Under the pieces are notes generated by a model, which was not told where the DNA came from, did not search any database, and saw nothing but the letters and a program-made list of their open reading frames with translations. A DNA stretch of 47,728 nucleotides from a virus (Duplodnaviria > Caudoviricetes), in IMG/VR virus record IMGVR_UViG_3300014202_001126, positions 1 to 47,728 of that record; one strand, written 5' to 3'. This document shows positions 16,167 through 23,589 of the stretch, in pieces; position 1 is the stretch's first letter, and every line of letters begins with the position of its first letter. Made by a program: the position numbers and the translations under genes.

Positions 16167-18864
16167 ACAAACCGAACGACGCACGCTGGCCCGCTTCCGC
16201 GCGGCGCTCGCCAACCAACACCTGGCGATCGACACCCGCGCGCTCGGGACACTGCTCGCGTCGATCGACGCCCGCGATCTCGACGCCGTCCGCGCGTCGC
16301 TCGCGCTCGCCGACGAGCCCGCCCCCTCGATCACGCGCTTCGTCAACGGCGTGGCCGTGATCCCGATCTCGGGTGTCCTGCAGGACGAAGCCAACTGGCT
16401 CGTCCGCTACGGGTACGCCTCGAGCTACCAGTTGATCGAGCGCGACTTCGCCGCGGCGATCGCCAATCCGCAGATCAAGGGCGTGTTGATTTACGCCAAC
16501 TCGCCGGGTGGCTCGGCCATCGGTTGCAAGCGCGTGGCTGATCGCATCTACGAAGCGCGGGGCACCAAGCCCACCGCGACCTACGTGCAGGGCGTTTGCT
16601 GCTCGGCCATGTACTACATCGCCGCGGCGACCGATCGGATCGAAGCCACGCCCGACTCGCTCGTCGGGAGCATCGGCACCATCTTCCCGCACATGGAGAT
16701 GTCGGGCTTCCTTAAACAGATCGGCTACGCCGCGACTGTATTCACGAATCGCGAGAGCCCCAAGAAAGGGTTCGGCAACTATTACGAGCCCCTCAGCGAC
16801 GAGGCGCGCAGCACGCTGCAGCAGTTCGTCGATTCGTACGGCGGCTCGTTCGTGGCCGACGTCGCCCGCTATCGGGGCATCAAGACCGAGCAGGTCACCA
16901 AAGACTTCGGCCAGGGAGACGCCCTCCGCGCCGACGTGGCCATCGGCCGCGGCATGATCGACGCCGTCGTCGGGGGATTCGAAGAGTCGCTCGCCAACTT
17001 CGCGTCGACCGACGCGGAATCACCAACCAGCAATCAAAACTCGCAGCCGCACGTTGCGGCGTCGCCACCACGGAGAAACCTGATGAACGAGCGCATCAAA
17101 GCTCAACTGTTCGCGATGGGACTGATCGATTCGCTCACCGCCAGCGACAAGGAATGCCAGGCCGCCCTGAACGCCTGGTTCGCCGGCCGCGGCCAAACCG
17201 CTCCGAGCGACGACGCGCAGATCCTCGCCGCGCTGCAGGCCCCGCGCAACGCCGACGACGAGCCCGAAGACAGTGACGAGCCCGAGGACAGCGACGAAGA
17301 GGCCGACGACGAGGAGGAGGAAGAGGAAAAGCCCAAGGGGAAGGGTAAGTCGAAGGCCAAGGCCAAGTCGAAAGGGAGCGTGCGCGATGCGCACAACCAG
17401 GAGCAGGGCGAAGCCCGCCTGCGCGATTTGCACGCCGCGGCCGAGCTCTACAACGAGGCCGTCGGCGCCGACGTCGTGACGCTCAAGATGGTGCAAGACG
17501 CGCACGAGCGCAAGCTCGCGCCGCGCGATGCGTCGAAAGAGTGGAACAAGGTACTCGCCGAGCGCGAGCCCCCGATGGGCAACACGCGCGTGCGCGTCAC
17601 CGGTGAAGGCGCCGATCGCTTCGCCGCCGACGTCGTCGACGCGTTGGTCTACAAGGCGGCCGAGTCGCTCACCGAGGTGAAGGAAAAGCCCAAACTCTCC
17701 GACGCCGCCGCGGCCCACGTGCGCAAGCCGCTGTGGGCCATCGCCGGCGAGTGCCTGCAGCTCAGCGGTCGCCGCGACATCGACATGTACGGGAACGCCG
17801 AGGGACTGGCCGAGGCGGCCATGCAGATGGGCACGCCGGGCCAGCGCCACGTCTTCTTCTCGTCGCACGAGGGGCGCCAGTACATCAGCGCGAGCGGGAC
17901 GCCCGCCGCGCGGCCGGGCGATTTCCCCAACATCCTCTCGAACCTGGCCAACAAGTTTTTGGACACGATCGAGCTCGACGACGACTACAGCTACCCGCTC
18001 GTCTCGGCCGTGCTCCCCGGTGGTCTGAAGGACTTTAAGCCGGCCCTGATGATGAACAAGGGTATCGTCGAAGAGCTCGACGAGGTCCAAGACGCCGAGG
18101 CCTTCCAGGAGCTGGGGCTCTCCGAAGAGGTTTTGAGCTACATCTTCCTGCGCCGCTTCGGCAACAAGTGGGGCTGGACCCCCGTCATGGTCGCCAACGA
18201 CGACCTGGGCGCCTTCGTCGAAGGCATGCTCGGTCTCGAGGAGGCCTGGCAGGTGACGCAGAACCGCCTGATCGTCGATCGCTACACGGCCAACGAGACG
18301 CTCTTGGACGGTTCGGCCCTCTTCGCCAATCGCGCCGACACGGGCGCGGGAGCGAACCCCGCGGCCAATCTCAACACCCGCGCCTCGGGCAATCCGCCGA
18401 GCGACACCGAGTGGGGTGCCATGGAGACGCTCTACGCCGACATCGGTGGTATCAACACCGGTCGCCGCGTGCGTGGCTCGCTGAACGTGGCCTTCTGCCC
18501 CACCGGTGCCGTCGCGCAAGAGGCACGTCGCACATTCCTCCCGCTCAACACGGGGGGCCTCGAGATGAAGGTCGCCAGCACGACCGCCACGGTCGGTCTC
18601 TACCGCGGTGAGGTGCAGGTCATTCCGGAGAGCGAGCTGCGCGTCGCCTCGACGGCCATCTGGTACGGGCTGCGCAACCCGACGCGGCTCAATACGGCCA
18701 CCGTCGTGCGCGGCTACTTCAACGGTTTCGGTACCGCCGGTCGCCGCGAGCGCTGGTACGACCCCGAAACCAAAACCACGTGGGTCTCGATCGAAGGCCG
18801 CATCGCGGTCGCCGTCAAGAACTGGCGCTACGCCGTCCGCAACGCAGGAACCGGCGCCGGTTAA
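16153..18864 (+). CDS. S49 head maturation protease-scaffold-major capsid fusion
   Basis: NSPGG, CSAMYYIA, GSIG (S49); acidic/basic linker; DFPNILSNLANK, NDDLGAF, LLDGSALF capsid motifs; internal RBS and ATG at 17083. Confidence 0.85.
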   Translation: MPRSKQTERRTLARFRAALANQHLAIDTRALGTLLASIDARDLDAVRASLALADEPAPSITRFVNGVAVIPISGVLQDEANWLVRYGYASSYQLIERDFAAAIANPQIKGVLIYANSPGGSAIGCKRVADRIYEARGTKPTATYVQGVCCSAMYYIAAATDRIEATPDSLVGSIGTIFPHMEMSGFLKQIGYAATVFTNRESPKKGFGNYYEPLSDEARSTLQQFVDSYGGSFVADVARYRGIKTEQVTKDFGQGDALRADVAIGRGMIDAVVGGFEESLANFASTDAESPTSNQNSQPHVAASPPRRNLMNERIKAQLFAMGLIDSLTASDKECQAALNAWFAGRGQTAPSDDAQILAALQAPRNADDEPEDSDEPEDSDEEADDEEEEEEKPKGKGKSKAKAKSKGSVRDAHNQEQGEARLRDLHAAAELYNEAVGADVVTLKMVQDAHERKLAPRDASKEWNKVLAEREPPMGNTRVRVTGEGADRFAADVVDALVYKAAESLTEVKEKPKLSDAAAAHVRKPLWAIAGECLQLSGRRDIDMYGNAEGLAEAAMQMGTPGQRHVFFSSHEGRQYISASGTPAARPGDFPNILSNLANKFLDTIELDDDYSYPLVSAVLPGGLKDFKPALMMNKGIVEELDEVQDAEAFQELGLSEEVLSYIFLRRFGNKWGWTPVMVANDDLGAFVEGMLGLEEAWQVTQNRLIVDRYTANETLLDGSALFANRADTGAGANPAANLNTRASGNPPSDTEWGAMETLYADIGGINTGRRVRGSLNVAFCPTGAVAQEARRTFLPLNTGGLEMKVASTTATVGLYRGEVQVIPESELRVASTAIWYGLRNPTRLNTATVVRGYFNGFGTAGRRERWYDPETKTTWVSIEGRIAVAVKNWRYAVRNAGTGAG

Positions 18865-18900
18865 GCGGCTACGAGCCGCAGCGAGCGGTTACGAACCGCT
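18865..18900 (+). other. Twin hairpins after the capsid stop codon
   Basis: gcggct-acg-agccgc and agcggtt-acg-aaccgct. Confidence 0.45.
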
Positions 18901-18978
18901 GCGAATTGGGGCTTCCGCCCCTGTTGTTGATGCCGCATCGATACCAACAAAAGCACATTCGCTCGAAAGGTTTACATC

Positions 18979-19689
18979 ATGTCCCGCAGAACTGGACAGC
19001 TCATCTACGACTTCCGCGGTCACCTGGCCTTCCCCGCCACGGCCAGCGGGGTGGGTACGCCCTGGACGATCGCCGATACATCGAGCGCCGGCGCGCCGAC
19101 GTTCGGAGGTCTGGCCGGCGGCGGTTACCGCATGGCCTTCGCCAGCAATACCGAGATCGAGAACCTGTGTCTCTACTTCGGCGACGTCCTGGCCTTCGAC
19201 ATCGACGACCTGATTCGCTTCTGGGCCATCGTCAAGACGGTGGCCACGCTCGACACGGCCACGTCGCTGGCCTTCGGACTGACGGGCGCCCGCAACGATG
19301 CGATCGACTCCATCGCGCAGGCCGCGCTCTTCCGCTGCATCGGTGACAACAACGTCGTCGTCGAAAGCGACGACGGTACGAACGACAACGACGACGTCGT
19401 CACGGGGATGACGCTGGGGGCCGCCTGGAAGCGCTTCGAGATCAACTTCGCCGAGCGCAACACGTCGCGCGACGCGCCGAGCCTCTCGCTGGGGCGCAAG
19501 AGCAACATCGGCTTCTACATGTCGAACGATTTGGGGCAGCTCCGCCGCGTGGCGCCGAACACCCGCTTCGACATGTCGAACTACACCGCCGGCCTGCAGC
19601 CCTTCTTCCAACTGCAGAAGACGTCCGACAACAACACCGACAATCTCGACATCCTGCAGGTGGGCGTGGAATTCAACTTGCCCCAATAA
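18979..19689 (+). CDS. Virion protein after the capsid gene (decoration-like, beta-rich)
   Basis: Position and composition. Confidence 0.65.
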   Translation: MSRRTGQLIYDFRGHLAFPATASGVGTPWTIADTSSAGAPTFGGLAGGGYRMAFASNTEIENLCLYFGDVLAFDIDDLIRFWAIVKTVATLDTATSLAFGLTGARNDAIDSIAQAALFRCIGDNNVVVESDDGTNDNDDVVTGMTLGAAWKRFEINFAERNTSRDAPSLSLGRKSNIGFYMSNDLGQLRRVAPNTRFDMSNYTAGLQPFFQLQKTSDNNTDNLDILQVGVEFNLPQ

Positions 19690-19710
19690 CCGGGGCCGCC
19701 CGGTGACGGA

Positions 19711-19754
19711 TTCGCGACTCTGCGCTCATCACCAGGATGAGCTCGGAGCGCGAC
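19711..19754 (-). repeat. 44-46 bp element (minus strand), next to NBS-like site 19771-19784
   Basis: Reverse complement gtcgcgctccgagctcatcctggtgatgagcgcagagtcgcgaa. Confidence 0.7.
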
Positions 19755-19787
19755 AGGAATCGCAGCCGCCGTTTCTTGGGAAACGAG

Positions 19788-20144
19788 ATGGGTTTTCAAG
19801 AGTCGTTCAACACGCGTGTCATCCCCGCCGGCGATCGGGCCTTCGGCAAGTTGGTCACGTTCCGCCGCGGTGGGCTCGAGAGCGAGCCCTTCACGGCGCA
19901 GACCGAGCATCGTGAGTACGACGTCGTCGACGCGAAGGGTTTCCTGATCCGCGTCGTGTCGCGCGACTTCATGTTCCCCGTCGCCGCGATCGTGCTCGCC
20001 GGTGAGACCGTCGAGCCGAGGAGTGGTGACGTGCTCGTCGCCGGCGACGACGAGTTCGAGCTGCTGCCCCTGGGGACGACTCCCGCGGTCGAGCTGATGA
20101 GCGGCGATTTTCGCTACCGAGTCCACACCAAGAAAGTCACCTGA
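19788..20144 (+). CDS. Head-tail joining protein (gpFII-like)
   Basis: SRDF...PRSGD...YRVHTK; position after capsid genes. Confidence 0.7.
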   Translation: MGFQESFNTRVIPAGDRAFGKLVTFRRGGLESEPFTAQTEHREYDVVDAKGFLIRVVSRDFMFPVAAIVLAGETVEPRSGDVLVAGDDEFELLPLGTTPAVELMSGDFRYRVHTKKVT

Positions 20145-20659
20145 TGCCCAGCGCCCATTCGGTCGCCGTCGCCGACGCCGTCGTGGCCCACCTGGTGGCC
20201 GCCTCGTCGTCGCTCGCGCAGCCGATCGCGCCCGTGCGCAGTTACGCCGACTGGGAGAAGCCACTCGAGACGGAGCGCCTCGAGGAGTGCGATCGCCTCA
20301 TGGTCGACGTCGTGGCTGTCGAGCCCGCGCCCGACTTCAAGGTCGACATCGCCTCGCGCAATTCGCTCCGCTACTTGATCCCCGTCGACATCGCCCTGCG
20401 CGAACGCTTTGGCTCCGCACAGCAAAACGACGACACGGGACGGATCGAGCTGGCGCGGGTCGACGCGCTCGTGCTGCTCACGCAACAGATCTGGGAATCG
20501 TTCTCGCTCGAGCGTCTCGCCACGCTCGAGGGGGCCGTGTGGGACTCCGAGCATCCCCCCAAGATCGCAGCCAATCCGCTCCGCGCGCACCTCCGCGAGT
20601 TCCGCCAGTTCACCGGGATCGTCCGCGTCACCTTCCGAGTCCACAGCGACGTCGCATGA
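20144..20659 (+). CDS. Tail terminator / completion protein
   Basis: Position, translational coupling, C-terminal FTGIVRVTFR. Confidence 0.6.
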   Translation: MPSAHSVAVADAVVAHLVAASSSLAQPIAPVRSYADWEKPLETERLEECDRLMVDVVAVEPAPDFKVDIASRNSLRYLIPVDIALRERFGSAQQNDDTGRIELARVDALVLLTQQIWESFSLERLATLEGAVWDSEHPPKIAANPLRAHLREFRQFTGIVRVTFRVHSDVA

Positions 20660-21051
20660 TCATTAGCGCCACCGCCACCGTTCGCGATCGCACGAACCGA
20701 GTCACCCAAGCGGTCGACCAGGCCGCGTTCCGCAATATCGGACACGCCGCCGCGTCGATCGCCAAGGACATGCGGGGCTCGATCGAGAAGGGGATCGGCC
20801 CCAGCGAGGTGGGGACGCCGCCGCACACGCACAAGGGGAGCTACCTGCGCCGCGCCATCCGCTACGCAGCCGGGAAGCGCGAGGCCGTCATCGGCGCCCG
20901 CTACAGCGTCGTCGCCAAGTCGGCTGCCGCGCACGAGCACGGTCAGTTTTACAAGGGCACCCAATTCCCCAAGCGTCCCTTCGCGGTACCGGCGCTCGAA
21001 CGTGGCGCGCCACGCTTCGGCGGATCGTTCGAGGGATCGGTCGGCCAATAG
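20656..21051 (+). CDS. HK97 gp10-like tail-completion protein
   Basis: GTPPH...LRRAI...HEHG...KRPFAVPAL. Confidence 0.75.
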   Translation: MIISATATVRDRTNRVTQAVDQAAFRNIGHAAASIAKDMRGSIEKGIGPSEVGTPPHTHKGSYLRRAIRYAAGKREAVIGARYSVVAKSAAAHEHGQFYKGTQFPKRPFAVPALERGAPRFGGSFEGSVGQ

Positions 21052-21082
21052 CCACACCACTTACCAGCACGAGGAGACAGAC

Positions 21083-21517
21083 GTGGCCAATACCGTTTTC
21101 GCCCAGGGCTTCGAAGGCCAGTTGTACTACGGGCCGGCCGGCTCGACGGCCTCGACGTTGCTGCTCAACGTCACCGAAGCGACCGAGAACTTCACCGTCG
21201 AGGTCGGGGATACCACGCCCCGCGGTGATGGCTCGATTTCGCCGATCGGTTCCGAGTCGGTCACGAAGCGCGTCTCGGGTTACGAGTTCACCATGTTGCG
21301 CAAGAAGGACGACACGGCGCTCGCCGCCATGCTCGTCGCGATGTACGCCGGTACGCCCATCGCCCTGCGCAGCAAGGACTGGGACACGGGACTCGGCGTC
21401 GACGCCGACTTCATCATCCAAGGTCCCAAAAACCAACCCCGCACAGGTGAACAAACCGTCGCCTTCACTGCCACGATCACTCGCGACGGTGGTCGCGAGC
21501 CACAACTCAACGTCTAG
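21083..21517 (+). CDS. Tail tube protein
   Basis: GTG after GAGGAG; GFEGQLYYG...DTTPR...VAFTATI. Confidence 0.7.
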   Translation: MANTVFAQGFEGQLYYGPAGSTASTLLLNVTEATENFTVEVGDTTPRGDGSISPIGSESVTKRVSGYEFTMLRKKDDTALAAMLVAMYAGTPIALRSKDWDTGLGVDADFIIQGPKNQPRTGEQTVAFTATITRDGGREPQLNV

Positions 21518-21568
21518 CGGCGACCTCGCCGCAGAGGGTGGCGACTCTGCAATTCATAGGAGCAAGCG

Positions 21569-22195
21569 ATGACTGTCAAATGCCAGGTCTCTCGGACGTT
21601 CGGTGGATTGGGGCTCTCAATCCAGCGAGCGACCGTACGTGAAACAGAAGGTGGTACGCCCCGCCAGGTCACCCTGCCCGTCGGCAAAGCGGGTACGCTC
21701 AGCACGCGCACCGACGCCGACACTGGAGAAGTCACCCTCAGCGGTGGCCACGGGATCACGACCGGGATGCTCGTCGACGTCCACTGGGTCGGGGGCGTGC
21801 GCTACGGTATCACCGCCGGAACCGTCGCCGGTAACGTCGTGCCGATCGACGCCGGCGCCGGAGACGACCTGCCCGCCCAAGCCACCGCTGTCGTCATGAC
21901 CCCCGTCGTGCAGATCAACGGTGACATCGGCGGGGACGAGCTGTCGATCCTCGTGTTCGAAGTCGCCTACCCGCCCAACTCGACCGCCACGGCGCACCTC
22001 GACTTCCAGGACGCCGACGACGACTCGATCGCCGAGATCGACGCCGTCGCCAATGAGCCGCAGTCGTGGGACGTCGACGCCGGTAGCGACAACCCGTTCA
22101 CCGGCGACCCCATCACCAAGATCATGGCCAGCAACGGCAGCGCCACCCAAGAGGGAGTGCTCACCCTCATCGCCCTCTTCGATCCCACCCCGTAG
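21569..22195 (+). CDS. Hypothetical tail-associated protein
   Basis: AGGAG RBS; beta-rich and acidic. Confidence 0.65.
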   Translation: MTVKCQVSRTFGGLGLSIQRATVRETEGGTPRQVTLPVGKAGTLSTRTDADTGEVTLSGGHGITTGMLVDVHWVGGVRYGITAGTVAGNVVPIDAGAGDDLPAQATAVVMTPVVQINGDIGGDELSILVFEVAYPPNSTATAHLDFQDADDDSIAEIDAVANEPQSWDVDAGSDNPFTGDPITKIMASNGSATQEGVLTLIALFDPTP

Positions 22196-22220
22196 GCCGG
22201 GGCCGCCCGGCTGCGGAGCA

Positions 22221-22294
22221 CGCGACTCGGCGCTCATCACCAGGATGAGCCTGGTCGCGCGACCGAAATCGAATCACACCGTTTCTTGGGAAAT
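22221..22294 (-). repeat. 44-46 bp element (minus strand) plus NBS-like site 22281-22294
   Basis: Near copy of the 19691-19784 intergenic region. Confidence 0.7.
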
Positions 22295-22299
22295 GACCG

Positions 22300-22761
22300 A
22301 TGCCACGACGACGACTCAAAGACGACGAGCAGCGCTACCGCGACTTCGTGGCCCACAACAACGGCCCATCGCCTGCAAATCTGGACGAGGTGACCTACCA
22401 GCTCAATCTCGCGCCCGGAGTACTCCGCGCGTTCGCCAAGCGCCTCGAGCGCGAGAACAACCCGCGCCCCTCGAGCCGCCGCGCGCGACGCCTCGGCCGA
22501 GCCGCCGCCGCGCCCGCCTTCACCGGCGCGCAGCCCGGACTCGGTATCGCTCCCCCCCAGACCACCACCACTCCGGAACCCGTTCCCGCGCGCGTGCCGA
22601 GCGAGTCACCGCCGAGACGCGGAGACACAAAGGAAGGAAGTAAGAAAACCGATGGCCAGCTTCACGGACAACAGCAAACGGACCTGGCTCGTCCACTTGG
22701 ACGGGCCGACGATCGAGGAGGTGCGGGCGAAGTTCACGATTCCGCGCCAGACCAAGAATAA
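22300..22761 (+). CDS. Hypothetical protein (3' end uncertain; overlaps the next gene)
   Basis: N-terminal half looks protein-like; 110 nt overlap with the 22652 gene. Confidence 0.35.
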   Translation: MPRRRLKDDEQRYRDFVAHNNGPSPANLDEVTYQLNLAPGVLRAFAKRLERENNPRPSSRRARRLGRAAAAPAFTGAQPGLGIAPPQTTTTPEPVPARVPSESPPRRGDTKEGSKKTDGQLHGQQQTDLARPLGRADDRGGAGEVHDSAPDQE

Positions 22762-23221
22762 AGAGGGTTCGATCGTCGCTACTGCCGACGTGCCGCTCGA
22801 CCTGGCGGCCGACGACAGCGAGGCCTACGCCGCGCTCGCCGCCGATCCCTGCAAGCTCGTCAACGTGCTCGCCTTCCTCTGTCGCGAGCAGTTTTCGCAA
22901 CACCAATGCGACGCGATCAGCTTCGGTCGCGCGCTGGTGGGGGACGCGATCGACGCGGCCACCCAGGCTCTCCGCCAGGCCATGCTCGATTTTTTCCCCC
23001 AGCGCAAGCGGGCGCTAGTGGGAGCGGTCTTCGCGCAGGACGAGGCGACCCAGGAGGAAGCGGTGCAGGCGGCGATCGCGAAGATCAGCGACCCGAACCT
23101 GCGCAGCCGGATCGTGCAGAAATTCCAGGACTCATTCGACGCCGATCTCGAGCGCCTCTTGACCCCGTCGACGAGTGCTACCGACTCGCCGGCGCCGTCG
23201 GAGTCAGCCCCTACGGACTGA
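22652..23221 (+). CDS. Tail assembly chaperone (gpG-like), with -1 frame gpT-like extension to 23325
   Basis: MASFTDN..RTW, DFFP; upstream of the tape measure gene; -1 frame reads YRLAGAVGVSPYGLSLRQL. Confidence 0.7.
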   Translation: MASFTDNSKRTWLVHLDGPTIEEVRAKFTIPRQTKNKEGSIVATADVPLDLAADDSEAYAALAADPCKLVNVLAFLCREQFSQHQCDAISFGRALVGDAIDAATQALRQAMLDFFPQRKRALVGAVFAQDEATQEEAVQAAIAKISDPNLRSRIVQKFQDSFDADLERLLTPSTSATDSPAPSESAPTD

Positions 23222-23330
23222 GCCTCCGCCAGCTCTTCAAGATGGGCCGCGGTCGCGCCGAGTTCCTGGGAGACATCGCCGGCGCCTCGCCGGCCGGGCC
23301 CGCCGACTCACTCCGCGTGCTGTAAGGGAT

Positions 23331-23484
23331 TTCACCGCAGAGACGCGGAGACGCGGAGAGGAGAAAGCTTTTAACGCAAAGACGCCAAGAAGCAAAGGCG
23401 CAAAGGAAGAGTGATCCGCAGATGCACGCAGAAAGACGCAGATGAACAGACCTCTATCTGCGTGCCTCTGCGTTCATCTGCGGA
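23331..23484 (+). repeat. Cluster of REP-like repeats: type A, type B and a type C hairpin
   Basis: ttcaccgcagagacgcggagacgcggagag; ttaacgcaaagacgccaagaagcaaaggcgcaaagga; tccgcagatgcacgcaga...tctgcgttcatctgcgga. Confidence 0.8.
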
Positions 23485-23511
23485 CCAAAAAAGTGAGTGA
23501 TTGAGTTTTTC

Positions 23512-23557
23512 GTCGCGCGTGCAGGATCATCGAAACCCTGACGCGCAGTGTCGCGAA
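23512..23557 (+). repeat. 44-46 bp element upstream of the tape measure gene
   Basis: gtcgcgcgtgcaggatcatcgaaaccctgacgcgcagtgtcgcgaa. Confidence 0.7.
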
Positions 23558-23589
23558 TTCGCCGCGGGTCGCACCCGCCGAGGTCGGGG

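Noticed and set aside
21517-21530. Lambda cosN-like sequence GCGGCGACCTCGC
   Set aside because: It is the hairpin part of the 44-46 bp element and lies far from the terminase genes; the match looks coincidental
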